A stretch of DNA of 64,000 nt from Escherichia phage phiWec186: the sequence record LC739535.1; one strand, 5' to 3'. The notes under the pieces are model-generated. The model was not told the origin of the DNA, searched no databases, and saw nothing but the letters and a program-made list of their open reading frames with translations. This document shows positions 8,960 through 18,438 of the stretch, in pieces. Every line of letters starts with the position of its first letter. Positions within the stretch are counted from its first letter, which is position 1. The translations under genes were made by a program, and so were the position numbers.

Positions 8960-10451
8960 GTCGATGGAAGAATTAGTTAAATATTATGTCCACACAGAAG
9001 ACCTGACAGACGCAGAGTTTACCAAGATTTATGATCTGTGCGAACAGCTTCAACCTGGCCCGTGGAACAGTGAAGAAGACTTCCGTGCCGATGTTAATCA
9101 AGATACAGGGTTTTTGTTCTTCGATCCTGCTAATGGCATTGATGCCGTACACAACGAAGATTATATCCCAGCAGGTCTTTCTGTTACCACTACAGAGCAT
9201 TTCGTTGATCTGCTTTTGGAGACAGCTTGGTGTGATTCCAAACCAATCTACTACTGCATGAAGGATACGCTACGTATGGCAGCAAGTCGCCTGTATGACG
9301 GGAACTCTCGCTTATATACGGCTGTAGCCGAGCTTTATGGTAATGGTTGGACTGCCGATCAACTCCAAAAAGCTTGGGAAGAAGGGCGTGGTGGGCGTGA
9401 CGTTGTTATTTTCTCTGAAGTTTTAGGGGTGGATTCTATCGCTTATGAAAATATTCCACGCTTAGGGACAAAACCAGAAATCATTGATGGAGAAGAAATG
9501 TTAGATCTTATTTTAGCTAAAGTGGCAGGGCGATCTATTCACGAAGTGTGCGTATCTACCAGAAAGATCTCCACAAGTCAAATGGAATCTCTTTTAAAGA
9601 TTTTCACCCTGGTGACTGGTGAAGGGTATTGGAAAGATGCTGAACATTTTCTGATGTATAGTCGTGGTCTGTCTGAACACTACTCTTTCTATAGTTCTAA
9701 GTCGGGGATTGATGGTCACAACAGTCCACAAGGATTAGAAATAGGTGTTGACGAATTTATCAAACTGTTTTTGAAGCATTTAGGTATTGACAATACCGAG
9801 AAATCATTGGAAGATATCCTTGCTGACTTAACAAAAGAAGGAGAAGAAGTGGAAGAGAATACTTTTGAAGTTGAAGAATATGTGGAAGAATACCTTCCGA
9901 ACCCTGGGTTCCCTCCAGAGGGTAATCCTTATGTGAAGATCGTCTGCCGTAACGGGCAAACTTTCACAGGTCCAGCCGACGATATGGGTTGGAGGGTCGA
10001 TGAGAACCATCCCCATGATCTGGATATGGTGAAATATATGATTGTTCCGCGTGTAGCCAAAGTGGAGGCTGCTCCAGATGAGGTAGTTGCTCCGGTATAT
10101 GCACCGAAGCCACGTTATCGTAAGACGCGCCAAAAGCCTCCTGTAGGTAAGAAGCCAGTTGTGCGTATTCTCTACACTACACAACAAACGTACATGTTTA
10201 AGAATGTGGACAGTGTGCAGGTTACAGGTGAGAAAGTGTATATCCAGTATGCTCGTAATATTGCAGAAGGTATTGTTGAGTCTGTTGTTTCCGAGATCGA
10301 CAGCAATCTGCTTCTCGCAGTGGTGATTGAAGAGAATGGACACCGTGATAATTTCTTAGCTAACATCGACGGTTCTTGGGATTACCAAGGGCATGATGGT
10401 ACTGCCGTTAAAGGTGGTAAGCTGATGGGACGACAGTTCCTTTCTAAATAA
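8952..10451 (+). CDS. hypothetical protein
   Basis: About 500 aa ORF; ATG at 8952 after GAGAGGGG. Confidence 0.55.
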   Translation: MNKSMEELVKYYVHTEDLTDAEFTKIYDLCEQLQPGPWNSEEDFRADVNQDTGFLFFDPANGIDAVHNEDYIPAGLSVTTTEHFVDLLLETAWCDSKPIYYCMKDTLRMAASRLYDGNSRLYTAVAELYGNGWTADQLQKAWEEGRGGRDVVIFSEVLGVDSIAYENIPRLGTKPEIIDGEEMLDLILAKVAGRSIHEVCVSTRKISTSQMESLLKIFTLVTGEGYWKDAEHFLMYSRGLSEHYSFYSSKSGIDGHNSPQGLEIGVDEFIKLFLKHLGIDNTEKSLEDILADLTKEGEEVEENTFEVEEYVEEYLPNPGFPPEGNPYVKIVCRNGQTFTGPADDMGWRVDENHPHDLDMVKYMIVPRVAKVEAAPDEVVAPVYAPKPRYRKTRQKPPVGKKPVVRILYTTQQTYMFKNVDSVQVTGEKVYIQYARNIAEGIVESVVSEIDSNLLLAVVIEENGHRDNFLANIDGSWDYQGHDGTAVKGGKLMGRQFLSK

Positions 10452-10458
10452 TAAATAA

Positions 10459-10483
10459 GAAGGCGCTAAGTGCGCCTTTTTTG
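10459..10483 (+). terminator. rho-independent terminator
   Basis: gaaggcgc-taagt-gcgcctt hairpin followed by a T-run. Confidence 0.65.
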
Positions 10484-10496
10484 ATCCTGAACAAAG

Positions 10497-10521
10497 TCTT
10501 TCGATGGATAAATGGTAAAAT
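10497..10521 (+). promoter_or_regulatory. candidate extended -10 promoter upstream of nrdD
   Basis: TGgTAAAAT at 10513-10521; no good -35. Confidence 0.3.
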
Positions 10522-10552
10522 AGAATCTCAATCTATTAAATAAGGAACCCAC

Positions 10553-12367
10553 ATGCATAATTTATATCAGGACGTATTTTCTTTTTTGGATAAAACTTGT
10601 GACACATATACACGAGAGAACGCAAACAAACCCTCTCACCTCGTTAACACACATAGGGACTTACTGGCGGGGATTTTAAGTAAGCACATGGCAATGACTC
10701 AGATATTACCAAAGAACCTCGCAGAATGGCATACAGAAGGTTTTGGACATATCCATGATCTTGATTATCTGTTGTCTCCTCTTACGAATTGTTGTCTGGT
10801 AAACTACCAAGATATGCTGGAGAATGGCTTTAAAATCGGTGCTGCATATATTGAGAAACCTAAGTCCATTGGTGTAGCCACCACAGTGTTGACGCAAATC
10901 ATCCAGGCTGTTGCTTCAAGCCAGTATGGGGGACAAACTTGTGCTCATATTGATCAGGGGTTAAGTCAGTATGTTGAAGCTACCTACCTTAAGAATTTGA
11001 GAGAAACAGAACTACGTTACGGATACCCAGCCTGTAACGAAGCTTTAGCAGCAACAGATAAGGCTGTATATGATGCTATGCAGACATTGCTGTACCAGGT
11101 GAATACACTGATGAGCGTCAATGGACAATCTCCTTTCATCACTATCAGTATGGGATTAGATACAACAGTTTTTGGGAGAATGATCACTAAGAACTATCTT
11201 AAGGTACACAGTGAAGGGTTAGGGAAAGATCATGTCACACCTGTGTTCCCTAAAGTTGTGTTCTTCCTGGAGGAAGGTGTTAACATGGCAACTGAAGATC
11301 CTAATTACGATCTGAAAAAACAAGCTTTAGAGTGTTGTGCAGATCGAATCTATCCTGACTTCATTTCTGTGCCTCTTAACAAGGAAGTGACAGGCTCTAC
11401 GAAAGGAAATGTTACCAGTATGGGGTGCCGTTCGTTCCTGTCTTACTACACTACAGAACAGGGAGAGAAGTATGATGGACGTTTTAATTTAGGAGTTGTG
11501 TCAATAAACTTACCATTAATTGCAGCTAAAGCAAAAACAGAAGGATATTGTTTCTCTGACCTACTTGATGAACATATGCGTCTGGCTTACGATGCTCATA
11601 TGCTTCGGGTGGAACGCCTACGTCATACACGCGCATCAGAGAACCCTATCCTGTTTATGGAAGGGGCTTTAGCACGTCTCAATGCTGACGATGAGATTGG
11701 AGTTTTGTTTGAGGGTGGGTATGCTTCAATCAGTATTGGGTATGTAGGATTGTCCGAAGCTTTGGAGATCTTATACTCTGAAGAAGCGGATAAGAAAGAG
11801 ATGGGCAAAGCTATTCTGCAATACATGAAAGACACTTGTGCAGAGTTTAAAGAGTTGTCTAATCTGCCTTTCAGTTTGTATGGCACTCCTGCGGAATCCT
11901 TGTGCTACAAGTTTGCCACAGCTTTAAATAAAAATTATCCTAATCTGCATGTACGGGATTACCTGACCAACTCGTTCCATCAACCTGTTTGGGAGGTTAC
12001 AAATCCTTTTGAGAAGTGGGACTACGAAACAGGTTTTGCTCAAATCAGTAATGGCGGGAATATTAGTTATGTAGAAACTCCCAACCTGAAGAACAACTTG
12101 GAAGCTTTAGAAGCTTTGGTCGATTATGCTTATGAGCGCATCCATTACTTTGGCATCAATCAACCAGTGGATCAATGTTTCAAATGCAACTTTCATGGGG
12201 AGTTTAAAGCTACAGCAAAAGGTTTTGAATGCCCTTCGTGCGGGAATAATGAAGAAGAAACTATCTCCGTTATTCGTCGTGTTTCCGGTTATCTGTCTGC
12301 CCCTAACTCGCGCCCTTACAACAAAGGGAAAATGCAGGAAGTGTTACAAAGGGAGAAACATCTTTGA
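10553..12367 (+). CDS. nrdD: anaerobic ribonucleoside-triphosphate reductase (class III)
   Basis: C-terminal glycyl-radical motif RRVSGYLS and Zn-ribbon CFKCNF...CPSCGN; about 600 aa like phage NrdD lacking the ATP cone. Confidence 0.85.
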   Translation: MHNLYQDVFSFLDKTCDTYTRENANKPSHLVNTHRDLLAGILSKHMAMTQILPKNLAEWHTEGFGHIHDLDYLLSPLTNCCLVNYQDMLENGFKIGAAYIEKPKSIGVATTVLTQIIQAVASSQYGGQTCAHIDQGLSQYVEATYLKNLRETELRYGYPACNEALAATDKAVYDAMQTLLYQVNTLMSVNGQSPFITISMGLDTTVFGRMITKNYLKVHSEGLGKDHVTPVFPKVVFFLEEGVNMATEDPNYDLKKQALECCADRIYPDFISVPLNKEVTGSTKGNVTSMGCRSFLSYYTTEQGEKYDGRFNLGVVSINLPLIAAKAKTEGYCFSDLLDEHMRLAYDAHMLRVERLRHTRASENPILFMEGALARLNADDEIGVLFEGGYASISIGYVGLSEALEILYSEEADKKEMGKAILQYMKDTCAEFKELSNLPFSLYGTPAESLCYKFATALNKNYPNLHVRDYLTNSFHQPVWEVTNPFEKWDYETGFAQISNGGNISYVETPNLKNNLEALEALVDYAYERIHYFGINQPVDQCFKCNFHGEFKATAKGFECPSCGNNEEETISVIRRVSGYLSAPNSRPYNKGKMQEVLQREKHL

Positions 12368-12834
12368 ATTGTTCAGGCTATGAAGCAACAGACATGCTTA
12401 ACGGAGAAGGGGTGAGATGCTCTCTATGGGTCAGTGGATGTAGCCACGGATGCAGAGGATGTTTCAATCAGAAAGCCTGGTCATACTCTTACGGCGCAGC
12501 TTTCACAGAAGCAGATGTAGAACGTGTGTTAGCAGATTTGGCACGACCTTTCATTAAAGGTGTAACAATCTTAGGGGGAGAACCTTTAGACCCACAGAAT
12601 ATTGATGAAGTTTATAAGTTGATACTCCGAATCAAGGAAGTGTACGGGGAAGATAAGGATGTGATGGTGTATACAGGATATTTGTTTGAAGACATTCCTT
12701 CCCACATCAAGAATGTTGTGGATACAATCATGGATGGTAAATATGATTTAAATCAACCAACAGCAAAGCCATTCAGAGGTTCTGATAATCAGAGATTATG
12801 GAACAAGAAGAATGGTATTTGGCAAGCAGATTAA
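12364..12834 (+). CDS. nrdG: anaerobic RNR activating enzyme (radical SAM)
   Basis: NGEGVRCSLWVSGCSHGCRGC (CxxxCxxC); N-terminus aligns with E. coli NrdG if the TTG at 12364 is used. Confidence 0.8.
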   Translation: MNCSGYEATDMLNGEGVRCSLWVSGCSHGCRGCFNQKAWSYSYGAAFTEADVERVLADLARPFIKGVTILGGEPLDPQNIDEVYKLILRIKEVYGEDKDVMVYTGYLFEDIPSHIKNVVDTIMDGKYDLNQPTAKPFRGSDNQRLWNKKNGIWQAD

Positions 12835-12847
12835 TACAGGAGATAAT

Positions 12848-13039
12848 ATGGTTACGTATTTTGCAGTTAAAAACGAAGTAGGGACGGCTGGGAAGCTGAT
12901 TCTGGACAGCGATCGAGATACCCGTGAGGTTATTTGTACCCTGATTGATATTTTACAAAGAAAAGAGTTGCTTTCTGATCGGGACATTGCTAATCTATTG
13001 GATATCGGCGGTGACGAACTCGAACGACTGCCATTCTAA
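12848..13039 (+). CDS. hypothetical protein
   Basis: ATG at 12848 after AGGAGA. Confidence 0.45.
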   Translation: MVTYFAVKNEVGTAGKLILDSDRDTREVICTLIDILQRKELLSDRDIANLLDIGGDELERLPF

Positions 13040-13051
13040 AGGAGACTAACA

Positions 13052-13654
13052 ATGCAACAACTGATCGTTAATATGCCTCGCACTGGTAATGAAGTTTTTG
13101 GCTCACCAGTAGACAAAGTTTGGAAAGCACACTTTCATCTGACCTTAGCCGAGGTAAGTAGTAAAGAGCTTATGCGAGCAGCAAAGATTATCGGTGCAAA
13201 ATGCACAACTATCGATCTACATCGGGACACGCAATCACAGCGCGATCGTATGTTAACTAAGTATCAGGGTGGCATTGACACAGGCTTAATGTTGGAATGT
13301 GTGGCAAAGTTAAAAGCGGCTGGCTTCAAAGTGTTACGCTATAAACTGGAACAAATGTTCAAGGACGTAGAACACGTAATGCAGATGAACCTAAGCAAAG
13401 AACATTACGGAGAAGTACACATCAAGACTCCTGCCTCTATGCCGGAGATTGATACTGGCTTCTTCCGTATCTCTTCTAATGCCGAAGAGGTGGATTATCG
13501 TTTCTATAATGCCCGTCTGTATACCGAAGAAGATAAGTTGCAGTTCAAGAAAGCTTATGATATGCTTCTGGCAAATGATGTTGAAATAAAGGGCTACCAT
13601 GTAGAACAAGTGGTAGTAGACAGTAATCTTAACTTAGACGCATGGTGGGCTTAA
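13052..13654 (+). CDS. hypothetical protein
   Basis: SD AAGGAG upstream. Confidence 0.55.
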   Translation: MQQLIVNMPRTGNEVFGSPVDKVWKAHFHLTLAEVSSKELMRAAKIIGAKCTTIDLHRDTQSQRDRMLTKYQGGIDTGLMLECVAKLKAAGFKVLRYKLEQMFKDVEHVMQMNLSKEHYGEVHIKTPASMPEIDTGFFRISSNAEEVDYRFYNARLYTEEDKLQFKKAYDMLLANDVEIKGYHVEQVVVDSNLNLDAWWA

Positions 13655-13655
13655 T

Positions 13656-14312
13656 ATGACTATTAAACATATCTCTTTTGATGTATGGAACACACTGATC
13701 ACAGCAAACCCCAATTACGCAGATATGCGAGCGTGGACTATCGCAAAATACGGGGATATTACGGAAGTAGAAGCAAGAGCAGCTTACAAGAAGATCAAAA
13801 AGGAACTGGACAATGCCGCACTTCAGGGAACAGCCGAGTGTGCAGCATATGCCTGGGAAAGACTTGGTTACGAACTTGGGATAACACCTTTGAAGTCTGC
13901 AAAGCTTCGTTTCGAGTGTGAACAGTGGTTCCTTAAGTTTCCACCGCATGTGGCTGTGGATTTACCGATGCACTTGCTGTATCTTTCGGGGCGTTATGAT
14001 TTGAGCATCAAGAGTAATACCAACTTCATATCAGGAGATATCTTGCGACGTGCCTGTAAGTTTGAAGGTTGGAATTGTTTTGAGTTCACACATTTCTCGG
14101 ATGAAGCTTTACTTTGTAAACCAGATCCGCGATTCTTTGCTCGCACGATCACTTATTCTCCAATCCCTCTGGTAGGGCAGGAAGTGTTGCACGTAGGTGA
14201 TAGTGAAGAATATGATGGAAAATGTGTTGACGTAGGATTTAACTTCTGTCATATTAAGAACCCTAACGACTTGTTAGATAAACTTGCTAAAGGAGAACTT
14301 GTTAATGCGTAA
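13656..14312 (+). CDS. HAD-superfamily hydrolase (putative phosphatase)
   Basis: Motif I-like ISFDVWNTL and motif IV-like HVGDSEEYD. Confidence 0.5.
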   Translation: MTIKHISFDVWNTLITANPNYADMRAWTIAKYGDITEVEARAAYKKIKKELDNAALQGTAECAAYAWERLGYELGITPLKSAKLRFECEQWFLKFPPHVAVDLPMHLLYLSGRYDLSIKSNTNFISGDILRRACKFEGWNCFEFTHFSDEALLCKPDPRFFARTITYSPIPLVGQEVLHVGDSEEYDGKCVDVGFNFCHIKNPNDLLDKLAKGELVNA

Positions 14313-15132
14313 TCAAACTCAAATCTTTGCTCACAAATTCGATAGTCTGGAAACTGCTCGCTTTGATATTCGTGACTATTCCAAACTGAAGTTTGGCAGC
14401 AACCAGGCGGCTCGCCGTATGGGGCGAACGCTGGCAGTCTCTTTCTATGACTTGGTAGTCAAGAATATGCCGGAAGAAGAATTTGTGGTGATTCCTTCAC
14501 CTTACAACCATGTGCATAACGCAGCAACCATGATGACCAATCAGTTCATCAACTTCCTGAACCTGTTGCTGTTGAATCACAAGGGTAGCCGTGCAGTAGA
14601 ATTGGATACGATCCACCGCAAGGTGAGTTACATTAACGATTATGGTTTCCTGGACAAAGCGAGCCGTAAGAAACTGATTGATGGTGACACCTTCTATTGC
14701 AACAAAGATTTTTGGGGCAACAAGAAGCTGATCTTCATTGATGATGTGAACATCACGGGAACTCATGAAGACAAACTGATTGAGATCCTGGATGAAAATA
14801 AAGTTACGAATGATGTTTACTTCCTGTATTTTGCGAAGTATACTGGTAATCAAGCAGACACAGAGGCTAAACTGAACTTCAACCATATTAACACGACAGA
14901 TGCTTTTGTTAAGATGATCAATGAAGAATGTGATGCGCAGTGTCTTGTTCGTCCTATCAAGTATTTGATGGGACAAACACCGGAAGAGTTTAAAATCATT
15001 CTTTCCCGTTTGCCGCACCAATACGTAGAAGCACTGTTCTTTGGGTGTCTTGGGGAAGGTTATGATAAGATCGAGAAGTATTCTGAAAACTTCGTCTTCC
15101 TGAACCGTTACTTTAACCAGCATATCCTGTAA
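14305..15132 (+). CDS. phosphoribosyltransferase (PRT fold)
   Basis: PRPP-binding signature KKLIFIDDVNITGT; ATG at 14305 after AAGGAG. Confidence 0.55.
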   Translation: MRNQTQIFAHKFDSLETARFDIRDYSKLKFGSNQAARRMGRTLAVSFYDLVVKNMPEEEFVVIPSPYNHVHNAATMMTNQFINFLNLLLLNHKGSRAVELDTIHRKVSYINDYGFLDKASRKKLIDGDTFYCNKDFWGNKKLIFIDDVNITGTHEDKLIEILDENKVTNDVYFLYFAKYTGNQADTEAKLNFNHINTTDAFVKMINEECDAQCLVRPIKYLMGQTPEEFKIILSRLPHQYVEALFFGCLGEGYDKIEKYSENFVFLNRYFNQHIL

Positions 15133-15141
15133 GGAGGGAAA

Positions 15142-15624
15142 ATGTTGAAGGTTGTTACTGGGAATCTGATCGATGCCGCCAAGAATGGGAAAGTGAACGT
15201 TATAGCCCACTGTTGTAACTGTATGTGTAATATGGGTGCAGGGATTGCTCCGCAAATTAAACGAGCATTTCCTTATGCATATGCAGCCGACTTGGATACA
15301 GCGGCAGGTGATCAAAGCAAACTGGGTTCTTTTAGTTTAGGGGTGCCGGAGGAAGTGTCTGACCCACTGGTTTATAACCTGTACGGACAGTACCGTTACG
15401 GGTATAACGGTAAAGGTCGTCAGTTGGACTATGATGCCCTGTACGATGCTCTTGAGGCTATGGCAAAGGATCTCCACAAATGGGTGAACACATCTGCCAA
15501 ACATAAGATTGGTCTACCTATGATCGGAGCAGGGTTGGCAGGAGGTAATTGGGCTATCATTGAAGTGATGATTGAAGAAACTTTAGTAAAAACAGGTCAC
15601 GATGTGACTATTTATAAACTTTAA
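15142..15624 (+). CDS. macro-domain protein (ADP-ribose binding/processing)
   Basis: GNLIDAAKNGKVNVIAHCCNC..GAGIA and IGLPMIGAGLAGG resemble macro-domain motifs. Confidence 0.55.
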   Translation: MLKVVTGNLIDAAKNGKVNVIAHCCNCMCNMGAGIAPQIKRAFPYAYAADLDTAAGDQSKLGSFSLGVPEEVSDPLVYNLYGQYRYGYNGKGRQLDYDALYDALEAMAKDLHKWVNTSAKHKIGLPMIGAGLAGGNWAIIEVMIEETLVKTGHDVTIYKL

Positions 15625-15637
15625 GAGGAGAAATAAT

Positions 15638-15859
15638 ATGGGTGTTGTTGCAGGTGTTCTGGCAGTAGTTATCGTGTTTGTTCTGGCTTTCCTGATTAGT
15701 ATGATTCCAGCATGGCTTCTGCTGCTGGCTTATAACTACGTTGTTGAAATGATGGGTCACACAGATATCACTGTTCCTATCACCTTCTGGACTGTGGTGT
15801 GTGTGGCATTTATCATGGCTGTACTACGTGGGATCTTTTCCTCAAGTTCTTCAAAATAA
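15638..15859 (+). CDS. small membrane protein
   Basis: Two hydrophobic helices; SD AGAGGAG. Confidence 0.5.
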   Translation: MGVVAGVLAVVIVFVLAFLISMIPAWLLLLAYNYVVEMMGHTDITVPITFWTVVCVAFIMAVLRGIFSSSSSK

Positions 15860-15862
15860 GTG

Positions 15863-15890
15863 TTGACAAGGTTTTAGAATAGAGTAAGAT
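15863..15890 (+). promoter_or_regulatory. sigma70-like promoter TTGACA-N16-TAAGAT
   Basis: gtgTTGACAag context as at 1035 and 20909; followed by a gcgggga/tccccgc hairpin in the 5' UTR of the TerC gene. Confidence 0.5.
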
Positions 15891-15940
15891 GTATCACATG
15901 AGGCGGGGAGTGGTTCCCCGCAAAGAGAAAGGAGAAAATA

Positions 15941-16915
15941 ATGCAACTTGGTTTTCCAATCATTGATGTAGTGGTGTTGGTAGGTATTCTTGTTCTGTCG
16001 ATCTGTGTTGACTTTTTTGGTCATCGTGAAAACAAGGAGATCTCTTTCAAATCCGCTGTGGCTTGGTCAGTATTCTGGATTGGTGTGTCTTTAGCCTACT
16101 ACGGTTTTGTATACTTCCAGCACGGCGCAGCTTTTGCAAACTTATTCTTGAGTGGATATGTGTTAGAGAAGTCGCTCTCGGTAGATAACTTGGTAGTGTT
16201 TGTAGCAGTGTTCTCCAGTTTCGGGATTAAGAGCACACACTTACAACACAAAATTCTACTCTGGGGTATTGCAGGTGCGATTGTCTTCCGAGGTGTGTTT
16301 GTAGCAGCAGGGACTTATCTGCTAAGTTTGGGTTGGTTTGTTAATATCATCTTCGGTGCTGTTATCCTGTTCTGTGCTTTTAAAATGGTAATGGCTGGCG
16401 GTGATGATGAAGAAGTGGATTACTCTAAACATTGGGCGACACGCTTTGTACGTAAACTATTCCCAGTATCGGATCAGATGGATGGCGAGAAGTTCTTCAC
16501 AATTAAGAATGGTGTTCGTGTAGCAACTCCGGCTCTGGTTTGTGTGTTCGTGATGGAAATGGTGGATGTGATCTTTGCAGTAGACTCGGTTCCGGCTGTA
16601 ATTGCAGTGACACAAGAACCACTGCTTGTATTCTCTTCGATGCTCTGTGCAATCTTAGGCTTACGTGCTCTGTTCTTTGTTCTTAGTGTGGCCCTGAAGT
16701 ATCTGGTTCACCTGGAAAAAGCAGTTATCGCAGTCCTGGTGTTTGTTGGTGTGAAACTGATGTATCACCCGTTTGCAGAAACGCTGCACGCAAAAGTGAG
16801 CTTCCTGCCAGCGCATATTGACCCGACGATCAGCATGTATATCGTGCTTGGTACTCTGACCCTGGGCGTGATTGCAAGTTTCATCTTCCCTGAAAAAGAA
16901 GAAGCTACCGCTTAA
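15941..16915 (+). CDS. TerC-family integral membrane protein
   Basis: Multiple TM helices and the TerC-type signature GYVLEKSLSVDNLVVF. Confidence 0.75.
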   Translation: MQLGFPIIDVVVLVGILVLSICVDFFGHRENKEISFKSAVAWSVFWIGVSLAYYGFVYFQHGAAFANLFLSGYVLEKSLSVDNLVVFVAVFSSFGIKSTHLQHKILLWGIAGAIVFRGVFVAAGTYLLSLGWFVNIIFGAVILFCAFKMVMAGGDDEEVDYSKHWATRFVRKLFPVSDQMDGEKFFTIKNGVRVATPALVCVFVMEMVDVIFAVDSVPAVIAVTQEPLLVFSSMLCAILGLRALFFVLSVALKYLVHLEKAVIAVLVFVGVKLMYHPFAETLHAKVSFLPAHIDPTISMYIVLGTLTLGVIASFIFPEKEEATA

Positions 16916-16922
16916 TACCAAT

Positions 16923-16947
16923 GAACCTCCTTCGGGAGGTTTCTTAC
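16923..16947 (+). terminator. hairpin, possible weak terminator
   Basis: gaacctcc-ttcg-ggaggttc stem-loop, weak U-tract. Confidence 0.35.
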
Positions 16948-16963
16948 TAACATAGGAGGAATT

Positions 16964-17314
16964 ATGTCTGTATATTTTGACGATGTTCAGGAATATGTTT
17001 GGTGTCTTTCTGGCACAATCTCGGAAGTAGAAGCTGCGATTCAAGAGGTTTTTCCTTACGCTTATGTAGAAGTTAAACAGGCACCTCCTATGGATCTTCC
17101 CCCTAATGTGGAAGCTTGTTGTGGTTCCGGCGAGGGTACAGTCATCCCAGTTCTGCGTTACGAACTACAAGCAGCAAGTGCAAATGTCGATGATATTATT
17201 ACAGAAATTAAGGCGTATGGTTTCTGGACCTCTCCTTACGCTAAATGGGATAACTCTGACACTTGGGATTTATTCTTCTGGGATAATGAGACAGATGACG
17301 AGGTATTTCTGTAA
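16964..17314 (+). CDS. hypothetical protein
   Basis: SD AGGAGGA. Confidence 0.55.
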   Translation: MSVYFDDVQEYVWCLSGTISEVEAAIQEVFPYAYVEVKQAPPMDLPPNVEACCGSGEGTVIPVLRYELQAASANVDDIITEIKAYGFWTSPYAKWDNSDTWDLFFWDNETDDEVFL

Positions 17315-17556
17315 TGAAAGTTGTTTGGGTTGTGTTTGAAAATATTTGTTTTGCAATAGGTTTGTTCGTCATACTTTTTGTGTTGACAAACGTGATCAAT
17401 GGTAGTAAAGTATCCCTATACAAAGACGGGGAGCAGATTTACTGCTTCTCTGGAGATTTCAAACACACCTGTGTTAATATGCAGAAAGAAGAAACTCCAC
17501 ACCAGAAGTCAAGAGAAGATTTTGATTGGTGGTCACTACTTAATAACTTAAGATGA
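17314..17556 (+). CDS. small membrane protein
   Basis: TAATG overlap; one TM helix. Confidence 0.45.
   Translation: MKVVWVVFENICFAIGLFVILFVLTNVINGSKVSLYKDGEQIYCFSGDFKHTCVNMQKEETPHQKSREDFDWWSLLNNLR
17383..17411 (+). promoter_or_regulatory. candidate internal promoter TTGACA-N17-TAAAGT
   Basis: tgtgTTGACAaa context inside the 17314 ORF. Confidence 0.3.
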
Positions 17557-17565
17557 GGAGAAAAT

Positions 17566-18435
17566 ATGAAAAATATTCAGCCATTACCTGTAGTTGGGGA
17601 TTTGTATTTCTTATCTGGTACGGGTTATTCCCCAGAAGCATTAGAAGTTAACAAGAACGTCTTCCGAGTGAAAGAAATAAGAGAAGAATGTAATGAAATT
17701 GTTTTCGAAGGTATTACTAATGGAGTTCTTCAGTATGCAGAGATGCGTAGCTGCTTCCAGCAACCTTTCCGCCCGTTGGCAGACGAGTATAAGATTGCGG
17801 TAAATATTGATGATCTTAAAAAAGAACCAGGGTTCGAAGCGTTCTCTACTTTTATGGAAGATACGTATGTGGATGTAAAGAGATCTAACCTTTTCGCGGG
17901 GGATAATTTCCCTCACTTTGTGTCAGAGAAAAGTGATGGTTTTTCCGACTACGTGGATGCTGTAAACTATGATGTTTCTGAATTGACAGGAGAGCAGGAT
18001 TATCTTCTGCTGTCTCCTAAAGATTTCATGCGCGTAATGTATGCCGTAGCCGAACAGAAAAAGAAGAAAGAAAAGCTTGTAGCCAAAAAAGTTAAAAAGG
18101 TTAAAGGTAAACGTGCCAAAGGTGTTCCAGAACGTAAGCGCACCGTAAATAAGGCGACAGTCTTCTTTACCAGCGGTGAGCAATATACGATCAAAGGTTT
18201 TAAAGAAGTGGGTTACACTGCTGGCGGAAACCTTCTGTTCTTCACAGTTGCAGAAGAAGGAGAAACTTTTATCCGTTTTTCCAATATGTGGGAAATGTCT
18301 GTAGAAGATATTAAAAGTGTTGTTGTTTTAGGTGTACATAAGAGTTTCATTATTAATCAAATCTCTGATTTCAGTGCACACTTGACAGCACCAGATTTCG
18401 AAACTACCACAACAAGCTTTAACTTCAAGGTGTAA
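17566..18435 (+). CDS. hypothetical protein with Lys-rich segment
   Basis: SD GAGGAGAA; internal KKKKEKLVAKKVKKVKGKRAK stretch. Confidence 0.55.
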   Translation: MKNIQPLPVVGDLYFLSGTGYSPEALEVNKNVFRVKEIREECNEIVFEGITNGVLQYAEMRSCFQQPFRPLADEYKIAVNIDDLKKEPGFEAFSTFMEDTYVDVKRSNLFAGDNFPHFVSEKSDGFSDYVDAVNYDVSELTGEQDYLLLSPKDFMRVMYAVAEQKKKKEKLVAKKVKKVKGKRAKGVPERKRTVNKATVFFTSGEQYTIKGFKEVGYTAGGNLLFFTVAEEGETFIRFSNMWEMSVEDIKSVVVLGVHKSFIINQISDFSAHLTAPDFETTTTSFNFKV

Positions 18436-18438
18436 TGC

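Noticed and set aside
14497-15315. 272-aa minus-strand ORF
   Set aside because: Lies antisense inside the well-supported PRTase and macro genes; a shadow ORF in a dense + strand block.
15895-15925. Hairpin in the 5' UTR of the TerC gene as a riboswitch
   Set aside because: The UTR is only about 50 nt, too short for the riboswitch classes known to control TerC-family genes. Kept only as a UTR hairpin.
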